Assembly (NCBI GenBank): GCA_964526485.1
Contig: CAZGIE010000003.1
Location: 1-39,259, forward strand
DNA length: 39,259 bases
Reading direction: 5' to 3'
Source: an uncultured Gemmatimonas sp.
Lineage (GTDB): Bacteria; Gemmatimonadota; Gemmatimonadetes; Gemmatimonadales; Gemmatimonadaceae
Positions 7,458 through 15,896 of the stretch are shown here, piece after piece (position 1 is the stretch's first letter; each line of letters starts with the position of its first letter). The notes under the pieces were generated by a model. It was not told the origin of the DNA, ran no database searches, and saw nothing but the letters and a program-made list of their open reading frames with translations. The translations under genes and the position numbers were made by a program.

Positions 7458-9989
7458 ATGTCACGCCCCCTCACACACCTCACGCTCCTCGTGCTCGCCG
7501 GCCTGACCGTGGCGCATCGCCCGGCCCGCGCGCAGACGCCCCGCTTCGTCGACCTCGACCGCGATGTCGGCCGGCACGTCGTCGTCGACCGGGAGGCGGG
7601 CCAATACCTCGGCCACGTCTCCACCATCCTGCTTGGCGACGGCCGCACCATCCTCGCCGCGTATCCGAAGGGCCACGGCGAAGGGGCGATCATCCTCAAG
7701 CGGAGCGCGGATGGCGGCCGCACGTGGAGCGAGCGGCTCCCCACCCCGGCGAACTGGGCCACCTCGAAGGAGACCCCGACCCTCTTCCGCGTGCCCGACC
7801 CGGTGACGGGCGGACATCGCATCCTCCTCTTCTCGGGCCTCCACCCGGCGCGGATGGCGTCGAGCGACGACGAGGGCCGCACCTGGAGCCCACTCGCGCC
7901 GATCGGCGACTGGGGCGGCATCGTGGTGATGGGCTCCGTGGTGCCGATGGCGGATGGCTCGCTCCTCGCCTTCTTCCACGACGACGGCCGCTTCTTCCGC
8001 GCCGGCGGGCGTGCCGAGGGGACGTTCCGGTTGTTCCAGGTACGGTCGCGCGACGGCGGCCGCACCTGGGAGGCGCCGCGCGAGATCTGGCGCGGGACCG
8101 ATGTGCATCTGTGCGAGCCTGGCGCCGTGAGGTCCCCGGACGGGCGGACGCTCGCCCTCCTCCTCCGCGAGAACCGACGGCGGAGCGAGTCGCACGTGAT
8201 GGTCACCTCCGACGAGGGGCGCACCTGGAGCACCCCGCGCCCGATGGACCGCGCGCTCACCGGGGACCGCCACACGGCGCAGTACGCCCGCGACGGCCGC
8301 CTCGTCGTGACCTTCCGCGACATGGCGGAGGGGAGCCCGACCAAGGGGGACTGGGTCGCCTGGGTCGGACGCTGGGAGGACCTCCTCGCGGGGACGCCCG
8401 GCCAGTACCGCGTCCGCATCAAGGACAACACGAACCAGTGGGACTCCACCTATCCGGGTCTCGAGCGCCTCGGTGACGGGTCCTTCGTCGCCACGACCTA
8501 CGGACACTGGGACGCCGGTCAGCCCCCGTACATCCTGAGCACGCGTCTCCGGCTCGAGGAGCTCGATGCGCGGAGCGCCTTCGACGGCGAACGGCTCGCG
8601 CGCATCGACCGCTACCTCCAAGACCAGGTGGACTCTGCCCGGATCGCCGGCGCGGTGGCGCGCGTCCTCCGCGATGGCGAGGTGGTCTACGAACGCGCCG
8701 TCGGCTGGGCCGACCGCGAGGCGAACCGCCCGATGCGGCCCGACCACCTCTTCCGGATCGCCTCGCAGACGAAGGCGATCACGAGCGCGGGCATCCTGAT
8801 GCTCGTCGAAGAGGGGCGCATCGCACTCGGCGACCCGGTGAGCCGCTGGCTCCCGAGCTTCGCGCGCACGACCGTCGCGAACGCCGCCGACACCGGCCGC
8901 ACGACGCTCCCCGCACGCCGCGCGATCACGATCTTCGACCTGCTCACGCACACCGCGGGCATCTCCTACGGGACGGACGCCAGCGTCGCCGCGCGCTACC
9001 GCGCCGCCGGCCTCGGCCCCGCCGCCGGCTTCGGCTGGTACACCGCCGACAAGGACGAGCCGATCTGCACCACGATGGACCGCCTCGGCACCCTCCCCTT
9101 CGTGGCGCAACCCGGCGAGCGCTTCGTCTACGGCTACAACACCGACATCCTCGGCTGCGTCGTGGAGCGCGCGAGCGGCCTCCCGCTCGACCGCTTCCTC
9201 GAGACGCGGCTCCTCGCGCCCCTCGGGATGCGCGACACCCGCTTCTTCGTGACGCCATCCGATTCGGCGCGGCTCGTGACCGTCTACCGCACCGACGCCG
9301 ATGGGCGCGCGGTGCGCGCCGACACCGGCGCCCGCGGCCAGGGGCACTACGTGCTCGGCCCGCGACGAAGCTTCGCCGGCGGGGCGGGACTCACCTCGAC
9401 GGCCCGCGACTACGCACGCTTCCTCGAGATGCTCCGTCGTGGTGGCGCCATCGACGGGCAGCACTATCTCGCCCCGCGCACGGTCGAACTGATGACCACG
9501 AACCAGGTCGGCACGCGATACAGCGCCGACGGCAACGGCTACTCGCTCGCCTTCTCGACCGTCGACCGGTTCGGGGCGAACGGCTTCGCCTCGGTGGGGA
9601 GCTACAACTGGGGCGGCGCCTACGCGAGCATCTACGCGGTGGACCCGGCGGAGCGGCTCGTAATGGTGCTCATGTTGCAGAACCTCCCCGGGACGCCGGA
9701 GGCACGGGCGCGGTGCGGGACGCTCGTCTATCAGGCGCTGGTGCGCTATTTTAATGATACGGCGACCACCGAGATCTACACGAGATACTCCGCGCCGATC
9801 AACTCGGCGCGCACGAGCGTGTTCGCGGGCCGGATGGCCGCGAAGCGCTCCCCGTGGGCGCGCGCGACCGCCTCCCAGTCGTCCATCCGGCTGACGAAGA
9901 TCCGCGTGCGCACCACATCCGTGAGCGTACCGCCAAGCGACTGCACCGCGCCTTCGATCTTGTCGAAGACGTGGTGCGCCTGCGCGTAG
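7458..9989 (+). CDS. Secreted fusion of a BNR/sialidase-like propeller and a beta-lactamase-fold serine hydrolase (family VIII esterase-like); true 3' end probably ~9749, remainder is artefactual read-through
   Basis: Start at 7458 (signal peptide MSRPLTHLTLLVLAGLTVAHRPARAQ). Asp-boxes SADGGRTW, SDDEGRTW, SRDGGRTW and SDEGRTW. Then RIASQTK (SxxK), LLTHTAG, YGYNTD, WGG and LVYQAL. After that the frame reads the Illumina adapter (FNDTATTEIYT) and the antisense of the next gene. Confidence 0.8.
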   Translation: MSRPLTHLTLLVLAGLTVAHRPARAQTPRFVDLDRDVGRHVVVDREAGQYLGHVSTILLGDGRTILAAYPKGHGEGAIILKRSADGGRTWSERLPTPANWATSKETPTLFRVPDPVTGGHRILLFSGLHPARMASSDDEGRTWSPLAPIGDWGGIVVMGSVVPMADGSLLAFFHDDGRFFRAGGRAEGTFRLFQVRSRDGGRTWEAPREIWRGTDVHLCEPGAVRSPDGRTLALLLRENRRRSESHVMVTSDEGRTWSTPRPMDRALTGDRHTAQYARDGRLVVTFRDMAEGSPTKGDWVAWVGRWEDLLAGTPGQYRVRIKDNTNQWDSTYPGLERLGDGSFVATTYGHWDAGQPPYILSTRLRLEELDARSAFDGERLARIDRYLQDQVDSARIAGAVARVLRDGEVVYERAVGWADREANRPMRPDHLFRIASQTKAITSAGILMLVEEGRIALGDPVSRWLPSFARTTVANAADTGRTTLPARRAITIFDLLTHTAGISYGTDASVAARYRAAGLGPAAGFGWYTADKDEPICTTMDRLGTLPFVAQPGERFVYGYNTDILGCVVERASGLPLDRFLETRLLAPLGMRDTRFFVTPSDSARLVTVYRTDADGRAVRADTGARGQGHYVLGPRRSFAGGAGLTSTARDYARFLEMLRRGGAIDGQHYLAPRTVELMTTNQVGTRYSADGNGYSLAFSTVDRFGANGFASVGSYNWGGAYASIYAVDPAERLVMVLMLQNLPGTPEARARCGTLVYQALVRYFNDTATTEIYTRYSAPINSARTSVFAGRMAAKRSPWARATASQSSIRLTKIRVRTTSVSVPPSDCTAPSILSKTWCACA
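9753..9781 (+). other. Illumina P5 adapter contamination (assembly artefact)
   Basis: Exact 29-nt AATGATACGGCGACCACCGAGATCTACAC, preceded by a short T run that is the complement of the post-adapter poly-A. Confidence 0.98.
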
Positions 9990-11200
9990 GCGTCGGCGCC
10001 CCCCATCGCACGGCTCCCATGCGTTGCCGTCGTGCCCGAGACCAGGATGCGATCCCCGGTGCGGACGGCGCGCGCGTACCCCGCGGAGGTCTCCCAGGGG
10101 GTGCCGCTGAAGGCGCGCCGCGTGCCGTCGGACGCCGCCTCGACCGTGTACGGCGCGGGAAAGTTCGCCACGTGGTGCGAGAGGTCCCCGCTCGCCGTGA
10201 GGAAGGGCGGCTTCCGATACTCGTCCCCGCAGTCCCCAGGCACCGGATGGAGGGTCGCCAAGGCCACCTGTACCTCCGCACGATCCTCGGCGGTGAGCCG
10301 CAGCGCGTCGAGGCGGGCGTTGTCCTCGAGGTGCTCGCGCTCCCCGAGACGCGCGCCGACGATCACGCCCCCCACCGCCGGGGCGTCGAGGATAAAGCGG
10401 GCCGCCACGTTCGCGATGGAACACCCGCGACGGTCGGCGACGGCGCGCGCCGCGCGCAGCACCCGCTGTAGCGCCTCCCACCCGCCGACGACGCGGATGA
10501 AGCGACCGTACTTCATCTGCGACCAGGTGGTAAGCCCGTCCCAGTCAGGCTCGGGCGCGCCGAGCCACCGGTCGGAGAGGAAGCCGCCGGCGAGGGTCCC
10601 GAACGCGAGAAGTGCGATCCCCTTCGATGCGCAGTACTCGGCCATCGCCCCCGCGGCGCGCTGGTCGAGCAGCGAGTAGCAGATCTGGTTGGTCGCGATC
10701 GGGATCCCGCTCTCCACGACGAGCCGCAGGTGCGCGGTGTCGGTGTTGGTCAGCCCGAGGTGGCCGATGAGCCCCTCGCGCCGGCACTCGTCGAGGTAGA
10801 AGAGCGCGTCGAGCCAGGCCGGGTGCGCGTAGCTCCAGGCGTGGAACTGGAGGAGATCGATCCGCTCGACGCGCATCCGCGTCCGCGCGCGATCGACGGC
10901 GGCGCGCACGTCGGCGCGCGTCACGGGACCGGGCTCGGGCACCCATTTCGTCAGGAGCTGGGTGGCCGGCGCGCCGGGCCGCGTCCGGAAGCGGCCGACG
11001 ACCTCCTCGGACGATCCGTAGTGATCGGCCATATCGAAGGTCGTGAAGCCGGCGTCGACGTAGGGGCGCATGGCGTCCGCTGCGCGCTCGAGGTCGAACG
11101 GGCGCCCGTCCCGCTCCTGATCGGCCATCTGCCAGAGGCCAGTGAGGATGCGACTGATCTCGAGGTCCGGCGCGAGGCGGTGGCGGCTGATCATCGACAT
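9776..11200 (-). CDS. Aldo/keto reductase fused to a C-terminal Rid (YjgF/YER057c/UK114) domain; last residues lost to the adapter
   Basis: AKR tetrad motifs FDMADHYG, LLTKW and LLQFHAW. Rid domain reads WETSAGYARAVRTGDRILVSGTTA...DVVRTRIFV...RPANTLV. The stop TAG lies inside the adapter. GAGGAG RBS. Confidence 0.9.
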   Translation of the reverse strand: MSMISRHRLAPDLEISRILTGLWQMADQERDGRPFDLERAADAMRPYVDAGFTTFDMADHYGSSEEVVGRFRTRPGAPATQLLTKWVPEPGPVTRADVRAAVDRARTRMRVERIDLLQFHAWSYAHPAWLDALFYLDECRREGLIGHLGLTNTDTAHLRLVVESGIPIATNQICYSLLDQRAAGAMAEYCASKGIALLAFGTLAGGFLSDRWLGAPEPDWDGLTTWSQMKYGRFIRVVGGWEALQRVLRAARAVADRRGCSIANVAARFILDAPAVGGVIVGARLGEREHLEDNARLDALRLTAEDRAEVQVALATLHPVPGDCGDEYRKPPFLTASGDLSHHVANFPAPYTVEAASDGTRRAFSGTPWETSAGYARAVRTGDRILVSGTTATHGSRAMGGADAYAQAHHVFDKIEGAVQSLGGTLTDVVRTRIFVSRMDDWEAVARAHGERFAAIRPANTLVRAELIGAEYLV

Positions 11201-11207
11201 GGCGGGG

Positions 11208-12686
11208 TCACTCCTCGGGCAGGGTCGCGAAGCGCGCGTGGGCGTCGCCCACGCGGGCCACGAGGCGGCGGTATTCGACGAGATGGACGAGCGTCCCGAC
11301 CGCCATCACCACGCCCCAGACGGCGAGCGGCCGCTCGTACCAGACCGAGACCTCCGCCGCGAGCTCACGGCGGACGTGCACGGCGAGGAACAGGGACAGG
11401 AGCGAGACCCCCGCGACACCGACGACGGTCCGCACGCGCGGCGCACGCAGGATCGTCATCCCCGCCGCGAGCGCCGGATTGCGCCGCGGGAGCGCGAGCA
11501 ACGCGAGGCACATCAGGAGGAAGTTCACGAGCATCGCGACCACCATGATGTCGACGCCCTTGGAGAAGCTCTTCGCCCCGTGGCTCAGCAGCACGCCGAC
11601 GGTCGCCATCGCACCGCTCGCGACGAGGGCGGCGCGCGGGGTGTGCCGCGTCGGGTGGACCTCCGCCGCCCACGCGGGGAAGACACCGTCCCGCGCCCAC
11701 GCGAACATCAGCCGCGAGACGCTCAACAACATGCCGGGGAGGTCGTTGATGAGCGCGACGGCGGCGCCGGCGGTGATGGCGGCACGTCCGAGCGGGGAGA
11801 GAAAGGGCGCGAGGAGGCCGGAGGCGGTGGGGGTGGCATCCGCCGGCATCGCCGCGACGAACTCCCAAGGGACCGCGTGATAGACCGCCGCAGTGAAGCT
11901 GAAGTAGAAGGCGGCCACCACCCCGAAGGTGAGGAGGATGGCGCGCGGGAGGGCGCGCGCCGGGTCACGTGCCTCCCCACCGGCCTGGGCGATGGCATCG
12001 AACCCGATGAAGCTGGAGAAGAGCACCGCGGCCGCGGCGACGAAGGTGTCCTTGTCGAAGGGCGCCGGACGCGGCGCCGGGAGCGTCCCGCCGGCGGCCT
12101 GCAGCGCGGCGGCGAACCCGGCGTGGTCCTGCCCCGCCCCGACGACGATCACGATCGCGCCGAGTGCGAACATCACCAGCATCAGCGGGACGAGGGTGCG
12201 CTCATACGCCGCGAGGCCGCGGAGGTTGACGGCGACGAACCCCCAGACGAGGACCAGCGCGATGACGAGCCGGGCCTGGCCGGTGAGGAGCGTCGCCGCG
12301 ACCGCCCCGCCACCCACCGCCTCGCCCACGCCGGCGAGGAAGACGGGGATCACATACGCCACCGCCCCGATCACGACGGAGAGCCCGACCCACTGCGAGA
12401 ACGAGGCGACGAACCCGAGCGACGGATGCAGCCCGCGGCTCGCGAAGAGATAGCTCCCGCCGGCGCGCGGCATCGCGGAGGCGAGCGCGGCGTAGGCGAG
12501 CGCGGCGAGAAAGGCGGGGACCGCCGCGAAGGCGAAGGCCGGCAGGACCCAGGGCCCGATGCCTGGGACCGCGAGCTGCACCAGGAACGGCATGATGTGA
12601 ATCGACGCCCCCACCATCGAGCAGATGCCGGTGGCGGTGAGCCCGACGAGACCGAGTTCCCGGACGAGGGTGGGGCGAGAGGGCAC
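11208..12686 (-). CDS. APC family amino acid/polyamine permease
   Basis: 492 aa with about 12 hydrophobic segments. Motifs LVRELG, YAALASAMPRAGGSY, FIGFDAI...GEARDP and SRLMFAWARDG. Ends 7 nt before the AKR-Rid gene, so likely one operon. Confidence 0.9.
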   Translation of the reverse strand: MPSRPTLVRELGLVGLTATGICSMVGASIHIMPFLVQLAVPGIGPWVLPAFAFAAVPAFLAALAYAALASAMPRAGGSYLFASRGLHPSLGFVASFSQWVGLSVVIGAVAYVIPVFLAGVGEAVGGGAVAATLLTGQARLVIALVLVWGFVAVNLRGLAAYERTLVPLMLVMFALGAIVIVVGAGQDHAGFAAALQAAGGTLPAPRPAPFDKDTFVAAAAVLFSSFIGFDAIAQAGGEARDPARALPRAILLTFGVVAAFYFSFTAAVYHAVPWEFVAAMPADATPTASGLLAPFLSPLGRAAITAGAAVALINDLPGMLLSVSRLMFAWARDGVFPAWAAEVHPTRHTPRAALVASGAMATVGVLLSHGAKSFSKGVDIMVVAMLVNFLLMCLALLALPRRNPALAAGMTILRAPRVRTVVGVAGVSLLSLFLAVHVRRELAAEVSVWYERPLAVWGVVMAVGTLVHLVEYRRLVARVGDAHARFATLPEE

Positions 12687-12810
12687 GACGGCGGGGGCGG
12701 GGGTGGCGATGGCGGCGCGGCCGGGCGTCCGGCCCGCGGCGCGCGCGGAAAGCTATCGCCCGCGTGCGGCACGCCGCAGGGACTTGACGCCTCCCCGTCG
12801 CGGGGCCCTG

Positions 12811-12830
12811 ATTTCGTACATCCTAACTTT
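12811..12830. promoter_or_regulatory. Possible DtxR/MntR-family operator (imperfect)
   Basis: AT-rich island ATTTCGTACATCCTAACTTT just upstream of the regulator, with a CCTAAC half-site similar to TTAGG...CCTAA boxes. TTGACG lies at 12784-12789. Confidence 0.35.
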
Positions 12831-12845
12831 TGAGCTCCCCCCGGC

Positions 12846-13649
12846 ATGATCGCCCCGGGCCCCGCCCTCCTCGTCTTCGCCCTCCTCGTCCTCGCGGGCC
12901 TCGCCGTCGCGTGGCCGCAGCGTGGGCTCGCGGCCCGCCTGCGGCGCGCGCGCCGCGACGCCCGACGCATCGGGATCGAGGACACGCTCAAGTATCTGTA
13001 CCACCGCGAGACGGAAGGACTCGCCGTCCATCCCGACGCCGTGGCGGGCGCCCTCGCGATCCGCCCGGGCGCCGCCCGCGACCTGCTCGACCGCCTCGCC
13101 GCCGCCGGTCTCGTCGCCGGCGCCGGTGCGACCTACGCCCTCACCACGGACGGCCGGCAGGAGGCGCTCCGCATCGTCCGGACCCACCGCCTCCTCGAGC
13201 AGTACCTCGCCGACCGCACCGGCGTCGATCCCACGGAGTGGCACGCGCTGGCCGAGGAGGCGGAGCACGACCTCACGACGGAGGAGGCGGAGGCGCTCGC
13301 CACGCGCCTCGGCCATCCCCGCTTCGACCCGCGCGGCGAGCCGATCCCGACGGCGGACGGCGCCCTCCCCGTCACCACCGTCCGCCCCGAGGCCCCCCCA
13401 CCGGAGCGGACCCTCGCCGATGCCGCTCCCGGTGAGACGGTCCGGGTCCGCCGGCTGACGAGTGCCTGCCACGGCCCGCAGCGTCGCCGCCTCCTCGATC
13501 TCGGCGTGGTCCCCGGCACGCGGATCACCGCGGAGCTGGCGAGCCCCGGTGGGGACCCCGTGGCCTATCGCATCCGCGGTGCGCTCATCGCGCTTCGGCG
13601 CCAGCAGGCGGCTTGGATCGAGATCGACGGGCCGGGGCGCGCCGCGTGA
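12846..13649 (+). CDS. DtxR/MntR-family metal-dependent regulator with N-terminal transmembrane helix and C-terminal FeoA domain
   Basis: Hydrophobic N-terminus followed by an Arg cluster. DtxR motifs EDTLKYLY, RTHRLLEQYL, AEEAEH and GHPRFDPRGEPIP. FeoA motif RRRLLDLGVVPGT...PGGDPVAYRIRGALIALRR. Confidence 0.9.
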   Translation: MIAPGPALLVFALLVLAGLAVAWPQRGLAARLRRARRDARRIGIEDTLKYLYHRETEGLAVHPDAVAGALAIRPGAARDLLDRLAAAGLVAGAGATYALTTDGRQEALRIVRTHRLLEQYLADRTGVDPTEWHALAEEAEHDLTTEEAEALATRLGHPRFDPRGEPIPTADGALPVTTVRPEAPPPERTLADAAPGETVRVRRLTSACHGPQRRRLLDLGVVPGTRITAELASPGGDPVAYRIRGALIALRRQQAAWIEIDGPGRAA

Positions 13650-15793
13650 CACCGACCACCTCGATGCGCACCCGCCTCCCCGCGCGCGACGAGTCGTTCG
13701 TGCAGCTCGGCGTCCGCTCCGACGGCTTCGATCACCTCGTCGCCCTCGCCGGGAACCCGAACACCGGGAAGAGCACCGTGTTCAACGCGCTCACCGGGCT
13801 CCGGCAACACACGGGGAACTGGCCGGGCAAGACCGTGACCCGAGCCGAGGGGCTGTTCACCGTCGGCGGGGACCGCTGCAAGCTCATCGACCTCCCGGGC
13901 ACCTACTCGCTGCAGGCGACGAGCACCGACGAGGAGGTCGCACGCGACTTCCTGCTCTTCGGCGCGCCGGACGTCACGGTGCTCGTGCTCGATGCGACGG
14001 CGCTCGAGCGGAACCTGAACCTCGCGCTGCAGGTGCTCGAGATCACGCCGAAGGTGGTCGTCTGCCTCAACCTGATGGACGAGGCGCGCCGTCGCGGCAT
14101 CGGCGTGGACCCGGAGGCCCTCGCGGCCGTCCTCGGCGTCCCGGTGGTCCCGGCGGCGGCGCGCGGTGGTGAGGGGATCGAGGCGCTGCGCGCCGCGATC
14201 CGCGCCGTGGCCCGCGGCACGGTGGTGCCCCACCCGGTGCCGCCGGTCCCGTTCGCCCCGGTCGTCGAGACGCTCGTGCAGGAGGCGACGGCGGCGGTGC
14301 AGGCCGCGGAGCCCGATCGACCGAACGCGCGCTGGGTCGCGCTGCGGCTCCTCGACGGCGATGAGCGGGTGGGGGCGGCGATGCCGCCCGCGCTGGTGGC
14401 GGCGATCGACGCGATCCGTTGGCGACTGCCGGCCGACTTCCACGACCACCTCGCCGCCGGGCGCTTCGCCGCGGCCGAGCGGCTCGCGCGCGCCGCCCGC
14501 CCGACCGCCGTCGCCGAGCTCGGCGCGGCGCTCGACCGTCGGCTCGACCGCTGGCTCACCAGCCCCGCCACGGGGCTCCCGCTGATGGTCGCGCTCCTCG
14601 CCGTCGTCTTCTGGCTGACGATCGCCGGGGCCAACGTCCCCTCGGCGATGCTCGCCGATCTGCTCGTGGACCGTGGCCACGTCTGGCTGGGGACGATGGC
14701 CGCCGCGCTCCACGCCCCGGACTGGCTGCGCGGGCTCCTCGTCGACGGCGTCTATCTCGCCACCGCGTGGGTCGTGTCCGTGATGCTCCCGCCGATGGCG
14801 ATCTTCTTCCCGCTCTTCACGCTCCTCGAGGACCTCGGCTACCTGCCCCGCGTCGCCTTCAACCTCGACGCCGCCTTCCGTCGCGTGGGGGCGCACGGCA
14901 AGCAGGCCCTCACGATGTGCATGGGGTTCGGGTGCAACGCCGCCGGCGTCGTGGCCACGCGGATCATCGACAGCCCGCGCGAGCGACTCGTCGCGATCAT
15001 CACGAACAACTTCTCCCTCTGCAACGGCCGGTGGCCGACGCAGATCCTGATGGCCTCGCTCTTCGTCGGCGTGCTCGCGCCGCCGGCGCTCGCGGGCCTC
15101 GTCTCCGCCGGCGCCGTGGTGGGGGTCACGCTCCTCGGCGTCGCCACGATGTTCCTCGCGTCGTGGGCCCTCACGCGCACGGTGCTCCGTGGCGAGGCGA
15201 CGAGCTTCAGCCTCGAGCTCCCGCCGTACCGCCCGCCGCGCCTCTGGCAGACGCTGTACACCTCGGTGATCGACCGGACCCTCATCGTCCTCTGGCGCGC
15301 GATCGTCTTCGCCGCGCCCGCGGGCGCCGTCATCTGGCTCCTCGCGAATGTGTCGGTCGCCGGGGCACCGGTCGCGGTCCACCTCATCCGCCTCCTGGAG
15401 CCGATGGGGCTGTTGCTAGGGCTCAATGGGGTGATCCTCCTCGCCTACGTCGTGGCGATCCCCGCGAATGAGATCGTGATCCCGACGGTGCTGATGCTCA
15501 CGGTGCTCGCGGGGGCCGTCCCCGAGGCGGGGGCGGGCGCCGGGGTGCTGTTCGAGCTCGACCCCGCGGCGATCGGCACGCTGCTGCGCGCCGACGGCTG
15601 GACGACGCTGACGGGCGTGAACCTGATGCTCTTCAGCCTGCTGCATAACCCGTGCTCCACCACGATCCACACGATCTGGAAGGAGACGGGGAGCGCACGC
15701 TGGACCCTGCTCGCGACGCTGCTGCCGGTCGGCCTCGGGCTCTCGGTCTGTTTCGTCGTGACGCAGGTGGTCCGCCTCCTCCTCGGGGCCTGA
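13646..15793 (+). CDS. feoB: Ferrous iron/manganese transporter FeoB
   Basis: G1 GNPNTGKST, G2 NWPGKT, G3 DLPGTYSL and G4 NLMD. Membrane motifs LEDLGYLPR, GFGCN, LELPPYR and PCSTT. The GTG start overlaps the upstream TGA (GTGA); an alternative ATG is at 13664. Confidence 0.95.
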   Translation: MTPTTSMRTRLPARDESFVQLGVRSDGFDHLVALAGNPNTGKSTVFNALTGLRQHTGNWPGKTVTRAEGLFTVGGDRCKLIDLPGTYSLQATSTDEEVARDFLLFGAPDVTVLVLDATALERNLNLALQVLEITPKVVVCLNLMDEARRRGIGVDPEALAAVLGVPVVPAAARGGEGIEALRAAIRAVARGTVVPHPVPPVPFAPVVETLVQEATAAVQAAEPDRPNARWVALRLLDGDERVGAAMPPALVAAIDAIRWRLPADFHDHLAAGRFAAAERLARAARPTAVAELGAALDRRLDRWLTSPATGLPLMVALLAVVFWLTIAGANVPSAMLADLLVDRGHVWLGTMAAALHAPDWLRGLLVDGVYLATAWVVSVMLPPMAIFFPLFTLLEDLGYLPRVAFNLDAAFRRVGAHGKQALTMCMGFGCNAAGVVATRIIDSPRERLVAIITNNFSLCNGRWPTQILMASLFVGVLAPPALAGLVSAGAVVGVTLLGVATMFLASWALTRTVLRGEATSFSLELPPYRPPRLWQTLYTSVIDRTLIVLWRAIVFAAPAGAVIWLLANVSVAGAPVAVHLIRLLEPMGLLLGLNGVILLAYVVAIPANEIVIPTVLMLTVLAGAVPEAGAGAGVLFELDPAAIGTLLRADGWTTLTGVNLMLFSLLHNPCSTTIHTIWKETGSARWTLLATLLPVGLGLSVCFVVTQVVRLLLGA

Positions 15794-15859
15794 GGCCGGG
15801 GATTCTCCGCGCGCGGGCGCGGGGGAAGCCCGATGGAACGCGCCCCTGCGCGAGGCGAC

Positions 15860-15892
15860 CCTCCGGGCGAATGCTCCCTGGACGCCCGGAGG
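15860..15892 (+). promoter_or_regulatory. Hairpin sequestering the Shine-Dalgarno of the baeRF gene
   Basis: Perfect 10-bp stem CCTCCGGGCG / CGCCCGGAGG with a 13-nt loop. The 3' arm ends in GGAGG, 4 nt before the ATG at 15897. Confidence 0.5.
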
Positions 15893-15896
15893 CGCC

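Noticed and set aside
5334-9749. Two beta-lactamase-fold genes as antibiotic-resistance genes
   Set aside because: They have HGG or WGG instead of the KTG triad and no mobile context. They look like general esterases/peptidases.
9750-9989. Apparent 214-nt convergent overlap and novel C-terminal tail
   Set aside because: Created by the Illumina adapter removing the native stop; not biology.
15834-15849. TGGAACG...TGC as a sigma54 promoter for the baeRF gene
   Set aside because: GG and GC are 11 nt apart rather than the strict 10, and TTGC reads CTGC.
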